Assembly (NCBI RefSeq): GCF_022539665.2
Contig: NC_081331.1
Location: 8,184,001-8,248,000 of the forward strand
Direction of reading: 5' to 3'
From: Daphnia carinata
Taxonomy: Eukaryota
Length of the DNA stretch: 64,000 nucleotides
Of the stretch, positions 47,601 through 62,291 are shown one piece after another. Position numbers and translations under genes: made by a program. The notes under the pieces were generated by a model, which worked only from the letters and a program-made list of their open reading frames with translations, ran no database searches and was not told the origin of the DNA. Every line of letters begins with the position of its first letter. Position 1 is the first letter of the stretch.

Positions 47601-50600
47601 ACTAACTATGCAATTTTTTCAATCGTATCGCGCAGCTTTTAGGAATTGTTTTCACAAACCCCTGGTCGTTTTGGAGTTTGCATTTATAGAGACATATTGA
47701 ATTTAGAGTACCTCGGTTCTCTGGATAATGTTTTGCGAATAAAATCCTCGGCCTGGGGGGAAATGTCTTCGAAAAGCTCGTCAGGGAAATCCAGCTGCCC
47801 GTGACAGATGTTTTGGAACGTCTCCTGATCGGTATCACCGCCGAAAGGTGTGAAGCCCGTCAGCAAAACATACGCCATCACTCCCACAGACCTTTGCGAA
47901 CCGACATAAAGATACACTTGTTACTCCAACTCCAGTTTACCGACGATGTGAGTTCAAACATTTTTTATAATAGCTCTACAAAAACGTGTTAGCAAAATCT
48001 TTACCAGATATCAGCCGACAAGTTGATAGGCTCGTAATGCAAAATTTCCGGTGCTGGTAGAATGATCGAATGGCAAAGAAAAATAAGTGAACAGAAAAAG
48101 AAATGCGATTAAGTGGCAGCGATATCCATAAATGATGAAAACAGTAAATAAATTTACGACTTGGAAATGAGCTGAACATACAAACATAGTCGGGGGTGCC
48201 CAGTAATTCACGAACTTCTTGTCCGGCGACGATAACCCTGGAGATCTCCAGATCACATAGTTTGACGTCGCAGTCTGGAAAAGTGCCCATGAGCAATACG
48301 TTTTGCAACTGTCCAAATAAATCAGATAAAACAGAACGATTTGGTGTGAGAATATTGAAACGGATTCAAACAACAAACTTATTTATGGATTTTGTGTTTA
48401 CTAGAGATTATATCTCGTTCATTGGACTGTATAGCATTTAACAAGGTAATGAAAATGGTACTGCAAAAATTGATTAAAAGGGATTTGCAGCAAACGCCGT
48501 TTTATTTTCGAAATTTTACCTATACCCGTGTTTTTCGGTAAACTTGATAACTTGAACAACAAGATTGGTATTGATAGACACATCTGTTAATAGTGCGCAA
48601 AGTGAAAACTTGATTGTGAGCGAAACTTCTGAGTGGCGATCGGCGAGTTCCAACAGGAAGCTGCTGATGTAATATCAAAATAATGTGTATCACCTGTTTC
48701 CGGCTATCGAAAATGGTTGCCAAACAAGTAAAGACTCGGAAAGATTCCTCAAAACGCTTTCGTCTGAGTTACTTTTAAATCAATGCTACTAAGCAGAAAA
48801 AAAATATGTACAGTATCTGTTAGCATAGCCTGGCCACTACACGTGCAGTACGGCGTGGTATTATGGCCTAATAGCTACGAAATCCATACCTACGTATGTC
48901 AATAGCAAATCTATGTTCATTGTTCGTCGTTACTTCTTGTACACCAGCAGAAAAAACCAGCATTATGAATGCACCAACAAGATAGCAATAAAAATGAACA
49001 AACGTTGTAGAGTGAAACGTCAACGAACTGACTATTTGTAAGTACAAAAATTATTACATGTAATACTTCTACATACAAAATCAGTAACCTGCTAGCCAAC
49101 GGAAATACCTTGCGTTATACGCAACAGAAGATCCTTATTACGTTGTGTACGAGTTTTCGAGTAGAGTAGCTTAGCGGCATTACTCGAAAACACGGAAACG
49201 GCACAAAGAAAGAGCAGTTTACTACTATTACATTTGTTTTTGGCACATTAATCAGGGCTGCTGCTCAAGATGGAAAAACACATCGGGGAAACGCGAAGAA
49301 AAAAAAAAGAAAACCAAGTATTAGGATTCAAGGTATCCAAAACGAAGGGCATCACAGACTCAGCAAGTCGTCCTTGATTGACCGATTTTGGTCAATCTTC
49401 TCCCGTTTCCAAATATAGCTTGTCCTGCATGTCTTTTACGGTATTAGGAGGGGGAATAAGGAAATGAAATCGCTGGTTTGGCAACTTTTCGGTAGCACTG
49501 ATTTGTTTCTTAGCTTGCATGTGGCATTTGCTTAGAAAATCCGTTCTGCAGCCATGTTCAACTTTCAAATCGAGGGAAGGTGAGGGCATGAAAAACGGAC
49601 TTGAGAGAATTTTCTTTACCTTGATATCCAAGTGAGCCATGTTTCGTTCGTGGAGGAAAAGGATTCCCTCCAAGACTTGGCGGACAAACTTGACGGCGTC
49701 TCGTTCATAAGGCACCATGTCGTCGTCCATGAGCGTCTGAAGGTCACCACCAGGAGCACTGTGTAAAAAAAAATGTATTAAAAACATAACCAAGTTTATC
49801 TGCAATGATGACGCTGTAACAACTGAGCCAAGGCAAACGAAGAACTTGCTAAATGCGTACCACACTTTCAACGCGATATTTGTAATTGTGAGGAAAAGAG
49901 ATTTAATTCAATATCATTCTCCGTATTTGCTCGGTAAAAGTGTTCTGTGTAGTTAGTAATTGCAACACTATTTACAAGTGACAAGGATAATTCCATCTTA
50001 TATCCAGCTGGTCAAACAACTGCTCATTTCAGTTCTGTATACGTGTTGTCAAACAAATCGGTTTTAATACAGGCAAAAAAGTTTTGCACCTCTCTGGAAC
50101 TTCTGCGCCCGGTTTCACATTTGGCTCTGTATTCAAGTCTCACAGCTTAAAATTTCCTAATGGTGTTTAAGACATTGATAAACTGAACAATTTTGTATTT
50201 TTCTTTCTTCAGTGACAGACGCACGACAGTTTTCTAAAAATTTCCGTTATATGCGTTCGTCTTTCCCGATGGTGGCAACAGTTAACCAACGCCGTTCTTT
50301 CGCCCATGACAAAGGATAAAACGTGACTGAATTAAGTCCCATGTCTTGATTCTACGCTTCCTTTTCCTTCCTGAGATAGACTGGAATCTTGAAAAGGCCA
50401 ACGGCTACCAGCTACTAATATTTCGAATGTGTCATTATAAGGCAGTTAGAGCTGAAGCATATCGCTAGGAGGCATACCATCAGAGAAATCGAAAGGAAAA
50501 AGACAACGAGACGCGAAAATAGATACATATACGCGTACAAAGGCGAGTGCTGAGATTCGACCAAGAGCTTTCTCCATTTTGTACGAAGACAACATACGTG

Positions 50601-53600
50601 GTAAAATTGGGGTGAATGTAACTCACAGATTTTAACATTTTCTATGAAGCCCATCAAAGATAAAGTGAAGCAGACAACAAAACTATGCTTTGGTAAAATC
50701 CGGAGTTTGTTCAACTATTGTTTTGCTTCGTAATCAATGCTCGGCCCTTCCCAAGAAACGCAATCCTTCGGCTTTTGCTCCGCACGTTCTGGCTTTCAAA
50801 TTTACATTTTCTTTGATAATAGTAAGCGGTTGTGACCTCACCGACGATTTCCCGTATGACCGCACCCATGTATACCGCAATAATGTAAATATATCTCTGT
50901 GTACCGCTTGAATACATCAATTCTAAGTGTCTGAAGAAACATGCGCAATACAAAAAAATAAAAATCTTGGGAAACAGTGAAGCTCTATAGCCGAAATGAT
51001 GTCTACTGAGTGACACTTACTATTCCATGACGAGGATCATGTGTGTAGGCGTGTCGAAGACGTCGATCAAGTGGATGATGCGCGGATTGGTGGTGCAGAG
51101 GGACATGAGAGCGATCTCGTGCAAGATTTCCGTTGTGCAATCTTGGCCGTAGCGCATCTTGGCTGCGTATTTCGCCGCGTACTCTACACCAGTGGTACGA
51201 TGCCGACATTTCCGGACAGTAGCAAATAAGCCACTAAAAGAAAACAAACAATTATTAAGCATATTAATCTTGAACATTTTTTTATTTTTTATTAATCTAG
51301 ATACACCTAAAATGCACTAAATTTTATGGTCAATGGCTTTTGTTTTTCGGTTGAACGTTTGTTCACCAAATGCCGAATGATCCTGATTTCGACGAAACAC
51401 TGTCCCCACCCAGTGCTAAATGGGGTCGTGTCAACGAAAACTTTCCAGCAAAATTTTTTTTTCTATAAAAGTTTCAGGGATGCCATAGGCAAAGCGCCAA
51501 GTCATTTCAGGCTTAAATTTGTTAAGAAATTAGGTGAATCCTTGGGAAAGAAGAATCACCTAAAATTATGGACAAATAGGATCTCGATAACAACAACGAG
51601 TGTTTAAGTCTCCTCTCTGCCCTCCAATATCGCATTACTTTCAAATTCCTTATGATGGTCATACACTTTTAAGAATGATTGGAAAACGTTTGTGCTATTA
51701 CGTTGCATTACCAATCAACGAAACGAACGAGGAATAGAAGTGTTTAGAGAAACATGACCACTTGCTCAGAATTATTGATAAAAAAAAAAAAAAAAAAAAA
51801 AAAAAAGAGTTTGTTAATAGTTTTCTCTTGAATCAGCCCCACCCACTGTAAAAAAAATGCTGCCAACAAATGGCGAAGTTTCTAAAAACAAAATAATTTC
51901 CTCGTCCATTGTTGAATGAGGAATAACGACATGATTTGTCGTAGGATTGGGTGGGAACGGCGAATATTGAGAATTGCTGTTTCCTGTCATCTGTGATGCT
52001 GTATAATCATTCATAGCTTATGGCTGCTTGTTTAACGCTTATTTCATGAATGAAGAGGATGCGTAACTCCTAGGTTGTAATACTCAGATAACGCCAGCAC
52101 CAATCACAAATCAAACACACCTTTTTCAAATGTTCTGAAACATTTTATGGTGATGAAAATCCCAATTGAAAATTTTTTGGGGTTCCATGCCAAGATGATA
52201 ACGCAATCCGTCACAAGTTACACACCTTACGGAGGTTTGTTTCGACACAGTTTTCAAACTCGCCTTTTGACGACTGACTATTTTTTCTGTTTTCCTTTTT
52301 TTTTACATTTTTTATTTAGTTTTAGTTAACACCGCAAGAATTCTAAAACAAAAAAAAAATTTGATTTAGACAATTTCCGAAATTTGCTTATAGCACTCTC
52401 CGTTTTCCTCCCATTTAACCTATTGTTTTAAATACCATCCTCTCCACGCCCACGCCCCTAAGCCCGAGGGAATCGCATTTGCTAGGACGCCAAGAAGATG
52501 ACTCAGAACGTGAAATCGTAATTTTTGTGGCTAGGAAATTTCGGAGCGTGCACGCCATTCGGCTTCGCTGAAAATTTTTGAATGAAAACAGTTTTTATTG
52601 ACAACCAGGCATCCCCATTAGTGAGAGAATCATAATTAGGTGAGAGAGTCACAGTGTGGTAAAAGAGTCACACGTAGCGAAGAATCCACGTTTTTCCGCA
52701 AGAATTAAATCCTAGTTTTATTATTTTGATCACTTCGACAAGGGCCTTTTTACTCTCATGCCAACAAACAATTGTCCCAAAGGTAATTCTTCCCATTTTA
52801 TTTATTTATTTAGTTTTTTAGTTTTGCCAATTTGTATGAAAAGGTTTTTTCATAATTTGAAACTGCTTCCGTCATATGGGTTCTTCGTTATCGAGCCTTT
52901 CTAGTTTCGACCTGTTAAGTGCTGAAAAACTGGAGATGCTCGCTTAGATCGCGGCAGTTGGTAGCTCCACAATGATTTCGTTCGGAACTAGTTCCTGTGC
53001 AAGTTTGGCCTGAGGAGAAACCATTGAATATTAAAAAAATTGGGTGCGTCGGCTATGGGCGGATAGGGCGTAGCGTTCAAGTCCACCGACATATTCGGTG
53101 AAATTTGTCATTTCACTTACTACAAGTGGTAATCTCCCTGAATATAAAGTTTAAACCTGCGGCCACCTTATGTGGCTGACAAAGGACACATGCAAATAAA
53201 CGAGAATCAGTATTCTTCAAACCAATAGGTTTGGTTTTAAATATAATTCTCTCATCTCGTTACTTAATTTTGTGCACGATTTCAAAAAGTATCTACCATT
53301 TTACGTTTCGAAGTATCGCCGTTCCCAGAATTTTGTCGCTGCTCAAACTGCCTTTCGACCACACCCTCGATAAACCCCAAACAAGTTTGTTTCTAATAGC
53401 TGCCAATGGAATTCAACACAGTTTCCACGTACATTGCCTATTGTCGTGTACAATTTTTAGTTCTTCGGTGAGAAAATGTAACAAAGTAAATACACACAGT
53501 ATTTTACGATCATTACTTAAATGTCGGACTAAGCTTTGTATCACTCCCTGCCATCTGCTCTCGCCTGCAACCAAAAAGTTTTCCTTGGCTGACTGACGTC

Positions 53601-56600
53601 ATCGGCTATTTGACTATCACGTGGATCGGAGCACGAGTCTCACTGGTTGAAAACTCAGCCAGTCACTTCAGCTATCTGTTCAACTATGGTATGATTTTCT
53701 TTTGGGTCTGAATAGACACATGTTTTACTGGTCAGTATAGCGTGCCGGTTAATACATAGGTCAGGATAGGCCCTCCTGCAAATCTACGTAGAAAATGTAG
53801 GGCGCATCGGATGTTTTCACATCCAGAAATTGGATCAAGGGGCCACGCGCACGGACACATAGGCTCAGACGCCTTGATCGGAATGGACCAGAATAAATTA
53901 CTTTGGCGTTTTATCCCATCTGCAGGAACTTGGCACTTGTATTAACGAGCTGAGAATGATGTGCGACGTCTTTTTTTTCCTTTTATCTCTCTTTTGCCTG
54001 AGAGAACGTTGAGAAGGAATAGATTTGAATTTGAATTTTTCCACCCACAGGTGCTAAGTTGCGCGAAAAAATAGTGCTTGCCCATAAAGCGACACGAAAA
54101 TGAGCTTACGGTTCCAGGAACCCTTGCGGGTATTTTTGTACTTTAGGATAAACAAATTTAGCGTCCCCGCCGTTTCAAAGATATCTTTACGTTTTGGTTA
54201 TTCATTTGTTTGATGTCTTTGCGCAGGGCATCTGCGTTTTTCGGCCGACATTATGGCTGATATGCGAAAATCAACGAATTTCTTCTGACGAAATTGGGGG
54301 ACTAGTTTTGTACTTTTTTAAAAACTTATTTTTTATTTGAATTTTATGAATTAGAGAAACTCTGTTACGTTAACCATTTGGGTTGGCACTAAATTTTTCG
54401 TTTTCGGTATTTGCTATTCGTGCTTATTTTCCAAAAAAGAGACTTGCCAACCAAGGTTAGCCATTCTGGGTCTACTTGCTATCACGCCAAGGCGGTGTCT
54501 ACCAACAACTCGTTGTTTTTTGTGTGTTTTTTTTCCCACTTGGTTCTTTTATCTATGTTCAGTGTTAAATATATTTATGTGTACATGTATTTTCTACACT
54601 ACCTTATTGTGAAAGTTAGCTAGTTGAGCTTGAGGATTTGTCTTGATAAGCCCTATCCGCATGAACTATGAGATGGAGCTACAACGTCAAATTTAATCGT
54701 ATTATAGCTGAATTACCAAACCACATTACCAAATTTAAAGCTTGAAAGGTACATTTCTAACATGGAAACATGTTGCCCTCTTTTCTTGTCAATGATTAAA
54801 ATATATAATTAGAGACATGCGCATTAACCATTCCCTTCGTCACTGGTTTTTTCAGGAGTTTTCGCCCTTTTGATATTGTGTAATGATAATGCATTCCGGT
54901 TGGTGTTAGAATTTTCGTTCTAATGTGCCAAATCTCCCTCGTCCTTATCTGTGTTATAAAAAATTAATTGGTGATCACGTGAAACCGAAAATAGGCGCAA
55001 AAAATGCAAAGTGTGCATATTGGCAAGATCTGCTGTTAAATTGAGATTTGAATGTTGTCCCACGAAGGCACAAAGAGCAATGAAAACTAACACGGAAATT
55101 TTTTTTGATCGGGGCTGACGCCAAGAAACAACCATGTTAGGCATCCTCCTTGACTTTAGGTTTTGTGTACCTTAACCAATCGTTATTGCCTAGCTCTGTT
55201 CGCCGTATTAAGATTGCCTCATTCGACTGGCCTTCAATGAACGTTGCAACAAACCTGGCGGTGTTGGTCTCAAACCTAGCCTTATCATGACTTCTCATAC
55301 TTTCGATGAAACACTCGTGAATGCGATCCTGGCTGTGACACGTCATCGCTCCTCTCGCAGGCCGTTGCCAGGTCAAAATGCGATAATTTTATTTAGCTAC
55401 ATAACGAAGTAAGACTTCAACTGACTTTCGCATGCAACTAGATACAAAAAAGCAACCAAATAAATCCTTTTAAAAGAATTTTTTAAAGAAGTACAAAAGG
55501 TGGCATACGTGTTGCCGAGTTGCAAGAAAAGGTTAGCTGTGCTATCCTTGGTTCGTCTTTTGTTTCTTAAGCAAAGGAGAAAGGAGGGGAATGAGAATCA
55601 AGCCATACGCAGCCCAGCTGCAGTTCACCTCTGCTAAGAGTAGCCGAGACGGAGGGACAAACGATGATGCTGCCGGCCCCTGAGCATGGCTAAAAAAGAC
55701 TTTGAGAGAAAAAAGATGGCCAAATATGGACGAAGGCCATTGAACTAACGACCGAGCAAGCGAGAGGCAGCAGGTTTGCTATCCAGAACTATTTAGGCAA
55801 TAAACCAAGGAAATGGAAGAGGAGAACACGATGATGAAAAAGGGAAGAAAGAAGGTGGAAAAACACACACACACAGCACATAGTCTGCCATACAAGTTTT
55901 TCTTATTCTTTTTTATTTCAAACAAGTTCAGACTCAAGGAATGGTTCTTCCTCTTTCCTTGACTTTCCTACTGTGACCATGAGGCTCGCTTAAGGGAGCC
56001 GATCATCTTTCTTTCGTTCGTAGACTATTTGATGTCTAAAAACTAAAACCCATCCAAGATAGGTAAGAAACTATTATGTCCACAGCCATGCATGTAACTT
56101 CGCAGAAACGAAAGAACTTTTCTTTTTTTTTCCTTTCCTCCTTTTTTTTCTTTTGCTTTTTTCCTATCTATCTCTATCGTTTCGTTCACATTCCAGAAAC
56201 AAAATGAAAATAAAGTAAATAAATATCAATTCTCAATCCACCCATTTTTGGTGGCATTAAAACTCGAACAGGATATTGGCAGTCGATGATGCAAGCGAAT
56301 CAAACCTGGCGAACGGTTCTTCCTCGACGGTGTAGTGCATGTCGATGGGGTCCGTCTGGACGAGTTTGTTCAATTTATCCTGATCGACGGTAACGACGCC
56401 GTTGACCACTTTTCGCATGTCGCAGATCGGCTCAACGGTAGCCACGCTGTGTTGGGTGTTACGCCGGTGGCCCGGCCGCCGCTTGTGGTGAAGCCGGGAA
56501 CGGCCACCGCCGCCCCCGCCACCACCTATCCCAACACCTCCACTGCCTCCTCCGTTTCGTTCCATCGTTGATGTACTAACGTTAATCCCAACACTGGTAC

Positions 56601-56664
56601 CGGATGTAGAAGAGGAGGATGCAGTGCCACCAGGGCCGTTGGATGACCCGGTGCGGCTCCTCAT
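44651..56664 (-). CDS. Drak: DRAK/STK17-like (DAPK family) Ser/Thr kinase with a long low-complexity C-terminal tail
   Basis: Approximate exons: 56664-56305 (EEPFAR), 51232-51022 (YAAK; EILHEIA), 49758-49620 (HLDIK), 48308-48188 (LLGTPDYV), 48054-48005 (APEILHYEPI..ADIW), 47891-47711 (SVGV..LLTGFTPFGGDTDQETF), 47057-44651 (RPTVKECLKHPW plus tail). Confidence 0.9.
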
Positions 56665-57168
56665 CCTTTGATCGTAACTGGCCAGTCACAGGCCGTTCGA
56701 TATGGTTTTAACATTGAATGTATGCGTTATTAAATTTATTTTATTTTGTGTTTATGCTTTCCTTCTTATTTTCTTTTTTTTCTTTTTAATTTTTTGTTTT
56801 GTTTCCAGACGAAGTTGGTTTAATCCGAATCAAATACAGCCACACGACACTAACTGGCACATACACTATTCAGCACAACCAAGAGCAAAAGCAAATGCGT
56901 TTTCTGGCAAACTGCCGTGTTTGATGACTCAGCGCAGTTATGGCAAAGCGAGTCATACAGCGACGAAACTGGGACTGAATACTTTCTTTTCCATGCACCG
57001 CAGCATGCGTGACCAGCCACGGTAGATGCACACCAGCAACTGAATGTTAGTCAGCAATCCAACCTGCTTCTTGAAGCGTCATCAACCTGTTCTTGGTCTT
57101 TACGAATGGTTTGGGTTACAAAATTCAAAAGCCCTCGGGCTCGTGTTTTTTTTTCCTTTTTTTTTTTC

Positions 57169-57172
<4 letters not shown>

Positions 57173-57237
<65 letters not shown>
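57173..57237. repeat. (CT)n microsatellite
   Basis: About 32 uninterrupted CT units. Confidence 0.97.
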
Positions 57238-57255
<18 letters not shown>

Positions 57256-60200
57256 TTCTTCTTCTGTCTTTCTTTTTATTATTTTTTTTAGGTTCTGCTC
57301 GCGCCCCAAGTTCAGGCAACTCCTTTTCGAGACGCCCTTCATGCGCTGTCGTCTAGAAATGTTCTTGCCATAGACAAGAAAGTAATGAATATTGTTAATG
57401 CTAACTTCAGTAAAGATCGACGCTTGGGCCTCTACTTTTAATTATTGTAGTCAGAACACGGTCCACTAACGCTAAACAAAAACACACAATAGAAATGAAT
57501 TTGATTTAAATAGAAATATAATCGCGGTTCATGTGCGACAAATAACATAGAACTGAGTTTCTTTAAAATGTTCATTGTAATTTTACATGCAAACGAATTT
57601 TTCAACTATGTTAGGCTTTCCTGCCGAAAATTGATATGCAATTTATTTCCTGTAACGAGAATGACTGCAACTTAAGCAGTCATTAGAATGACTCAATTTG
57701 TAAGTGTTTACTAGTCTAATTGACCAAAATATGATTTCAACCTGCAGGAGATTGACAACGGCCAATTCCGAAAAGAATGAAGATGTGTGCCGTGTTTCAT
57801 TAAGCAATCACCGAACTATCACTATAGCAGCTTGCACGGGGTTTGGCAGCAGTTCACGTTATTCGCCTCAAAAAGCTTTGCGGAAATTATTGCCTGCATA
57901 GCGTTTCAACATCTGTGCAATACCTCGTGAAGTTTACTACCCTTGTTTCAAAAGTATAGCATTCAAATTATTAACCTGGTGGATGTGAAGATTTTTATCC
58001 CTACCCCGCTTTAAAAGATCAATAAACTTACCAACAAAACCGCTTTATATTTTAATGGCTATTGTTTGCGAGGTTCATGATTTGATCAAACCCGTTTGCC
58101 ATAAAATAACACGATATCCTAAATAAGCGGTATCCTAATGACATAACGCATGTCGCATGATGCATGGTTTTACGAAATCAAATCGTTCTCGGTAACCGCC
58201 TTTACATAGACGAGTTTCATAGGAGCAGGTGACTATTGGCGGATTGCAAAAAAAAAAGAGAATCAGCTCTAAATCGTTTCAGGCTATTTCTTAATGCTTT
58301 CCATTTGCGCACTTTGCGACTCAAGTAACATTTTTATTGGTTAAGTACAGGAATATCTTAAAAGAATGAAAAGTAAGAAAGTACGGTACATCATATCAAT
58401 TTGGAATCCACACTAGGTTGTTGTGTTCGACCTTGCTATTTTGCCGAAGGCAATAGCGGACGCCTTTATAGCCGAATCCCTCCCCAGATCGACTCTCTCG
58501 CAGGAGTCGACTGAGCAGTTGATCCAGCTCAACAAACGATCACCCGCAAAGTAGACCAATCCAGCAAATAAGTCTTCAATTGGTTTCCACTTACTTGTAT
58601 ACTGCTTTCTCTAGTATAGGTAACGCTTGTCAGAGAAAGCTTATCATTATAGTTTTCTTACCTTACCAATAGCCATGACCTTTTTTCCATTTTTATACCT
58701 TAACAACTGATTTAGGTCCAATTCTGTATGAATAACTTCCTATAATCACCAGCTGCAGAATGCAGCTAAAAATCTTTTGCGATATTTATGGTGAAAGCTT
58801 ATCTAGCTGAACTGGATTTTGATGTTAAAACTTCTGTTAAAATAGCTATTGGGCTATTGGTCGATTCATTAGCCCTCGTTGGTAAACGACAACAATTGCC
58901 TGGCATTGGATATAAAAAAGCAGCCAGCGGAATTTTAAAATGAAAATTGACGTTCCAAAGAGATGACATTTGTAAACTATTTGTTATTTTACTTAAACAA
59001 AAAAATGGTGTTCCAATCCTTTTATGGAAGGAGCTGAGCTATACTGTCGCGGAACACGCCACGACACCGTACGTCGACCAAATTTTGTATTACCAAAGCA
59101 GCTTGAATTGCTTTTCGTTTTGACTAGATTGTTATTTTCCTTATTCAGAACAAAATTTCAAAGGAATTTCCACTAAACAGAGTTAGGACATCTTCTTTCT
59201 ATTGGGCGTCAAATACGTGTTGTACGGTCAAAAAATAGCGACCAATAGGCTGTGCTAGAACTTTGGTGCGCATTTTCATTAAGCTTTTCATCAAATAAGT
59301 TCATTAGTCTGTTAAATGTGACTTCATTGATACTGTGAAACAGTAGTCAAACTGTTTCTCTCTTATTTGCACGCTTATTTTTTAGTGATGCACACAACCT
59401 TACCGGATTTCTTCGATTTTTTGGTTGCTAATCAACGTTGTTTGATTCATGGCACCTTTTCAAAAACTCGATTGCTGTAGACAGAAATCTAATGGACGCC
59501 AAGAATCTTTACACTGCAAACAGAAGGCTTTCTTTAGCCCAATATTGCACGTGCATCAGCGCAAGATCGGACGAAAGGAGAGGCGCTATCACACCTTATA
59601 AGAACAGGTAAAGCTTTAAGCCACTTGGCAAAGACCATATATAGCACTATGTAGCGCGCTCCGTGTGCGTCTATCCGCTTTCGCATTTGGAATTCAGCCA
59701 AAGGAGTTGACCTTGACTTGAAGCTCGGACATTTTCGAAACTGATTTTATCTTTTATTTTAAATAGCTGCACTACCGGCTCATACCTATGTATGGAAGTA
59801 CTGATGTCTTTCTGTATTTAAAATGAAAAAAAAAAGGTCTCGTCAGCATTCGAGATAATTTTTTAAACACTAAAATAATCGCATATTTCTGTTTCTCTTG
59901 ACTTCCATAACATTGATTAAATTAACGAAAAAACGTATTTCTTTTATTCTGTTCATTGCTATAATTTTATTCCTCTTTGGTTTTCTAAGGGAGTTTACAG
60001 GCCCTTTATTACACTCCCGTTTTTTGAGGTTATAGAACTTTTTACTTATACCTTTAAAACGGAATTACAGATCTTGATGCTAGATAGCTAGTAATTAACA
60101 CCTCGTGGAACTACTGATTATGAGTTTAACATTTTTATGTATTATTTGCGGGAACGCGCCATTTCGTGTTTTCTGGAAAAAGGCGCGTAGCTACTCACTC

Positions 60201-61410
60201 CATATTGCACAGATCACTCCGTTTTCCCGTTTATCAGCTGATAGCTATTGGGGTGCTAGCGCCGCCAGTGTTAACTATTTAAAAATAACTAATACCTTCT
60301 TAAAACAAGTGGCTGTAAACCCTTTATATAACGAAGTCGAACGTGGGTGGCGCTATTTTCCGTCGAAAACCAGAATGTTGTCTTACTCTTTTTTGTTTTC
60401 GCCGCATCACTAATCATACATTGTCCTTTACAAACATTGTTGTCACACCAAACACAAACCAGTGACACCAACTAATACAACTCGAAAATTTTCACAACTA
60501 CACCTCTGCACAAGATAAAAAAATAAATAAAAATAAAACATAACCATGAGGGACCTGCCGCACGCCGCAATTTGATTATTCATAATACTTCCTAAATATT
60601 TTTGTTGAAATTTGATAAAATTCACAAAAATTGAAAAGACTTACTATTAAGCGTTATTTTCCTCAGAAATGGAAGCATGTATCACTTGTAATCTTCTTGT
60701 GACTTCCTCTCTAAGAATAAAAACGGCAGTAGAGAAAGACACAAAGTAAAACTAAACAAGCAAAAAAAAAAAAAGGTTACGGTACGGACAACCAGTGTCC
60801 TATACACTTTGAATTCTCACCACTGTCCTTTTTTAAAAAATATAATACGAATAAAATGGTTTTTTTTTAGTCAACGATTACGCGCTGCTCCATTGAAATA
60901 GCAGTTTCTCATACTTTCCCATCAAAATCCTGCTAAGGTTTTGGTGGGGTGTCTATTGCTCTGGTGCAGCAGTCTAGTGAGTCCCAAGCAATAGGGACGT
61001 AAAGCATTAAAGCATTTTTTTTTTAATGATTGCATTTTATAAAACTCTTCTAGTTGGTGATGATTTTGTTTTCGTTTGCCAATTTTTCAACAATATTGCG
61101 TTACCTTACCGCCAAAATCCACAAACAAGCTAATGCTAATACTGTGGTTACCTACTACCTAAAAAGCAATGCATGCCTTTTTAGGTTCCACTCGCTACAA
61201 AATGGCCGGGTGACCGAAAATCGAGAGGCGGCCCTTCAGACCACTGTAAGCATAAGTTACAGCTAAGCTAGGCATTTTTTTCATAGTTACATGAATGGAA
61301 ATTTTTTCTAACTCGACGAATTTGATAAGATGAAATAGTTTTAAAAGAAACAAAATTTGCCATCGCTAGTTACCTTTTGTGGTTAGGTGTTTCCAATTGC
61401 TATGTTGTTT

Positions 61411-62291
61411 CCCAGACAACAATTGTAAGCCAGAAGATATCCTAAATCCGTCTCACTAGGACAACCAGGACTGGGCCGATATAGGCGTGCTAATAGATGT
61501 GCTTCAGCCACCGTTGTTGTCTAGGAAAATCACAACATCTTTTCCTGACTTCTTTAGTCCCACATTTGGCCAAATCCTGTGTTGCCAGTTTTGACATACA
61601 TGAAATTCAAACGTAGAATGTTCAAATTTTATTCTTTGCAACTAATATAGTAAGTAAATTGATATGTAAATTTCATGAAATGAGGGAGTTAGAAAAATAT
61701 ATTTTATTTAGCATAAAAAATGCTCAAAACAAGCATTAGTTATGATAGGACTATTATCTCAAATAATTCATTTTCTTAAAATATTTACCAATCATAATTG
61801 AGTTTCAAAATCTGAAAAAATTTAGCCTAATTTGTATAATTACTTTTAAAGGATCGAGGGTCTAACTTAATTTCGACTTTAACTTTATGTTTAAAAATTT
61901 TTTTTGTGACCTGTTGTCGAAAAAAAACTTGCATAAAGTATTTTTCTGTTTCTATTGTATTGCTTGAAAATTATATGTTTTACAGGTATAGTAAGGTCAA
62001 GTGGAAAGAGCGTCCGACTGTGATGCGGGAGATCCGAGTTCGATACCAGCTACAGCCATACCTTTTAAAATTATATTATTAAGCGGTCCAAAAGTGGTCC
62101 AATTCACCGCTTAAACTTATTGTGGACGACTGGTAAAAGACGCACACGGGCTCCGTTTCTGCCGGACATTTAGATGTGCAGAAGGCAGCCAAAACACGTC
62201 ATTTATGAATTTCACCGCGTCTTATGTACGTCCTAGTGGTCCAATGAGGACCAAAAATTGTCGTCTAAAGGACAGCAGTGTGCTGTGTGGG
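61411..62291. mobile_element. Non-autonomous CMC/EnSpm-like element, same family as 34409-35525
   Basis: CCCAGACAAC...GTGCTGTGTGGG, TSD TT. The interior ~61680-62060 aligns with ~34880-35255. Confidence 0.8.
61985..62058 (+). ncRNA. tRNA-like unit, degenerate
   Basis: AGGTCAAGTGG A-box-like, GAGTTCGATACC B box, TTTT downstream. Confidence 0.6.

Noticed and set aside
57044..57373. Overlapping LSLS/RERE ORFs
   Set aside because: Caused by the (CT)n microsatellite.
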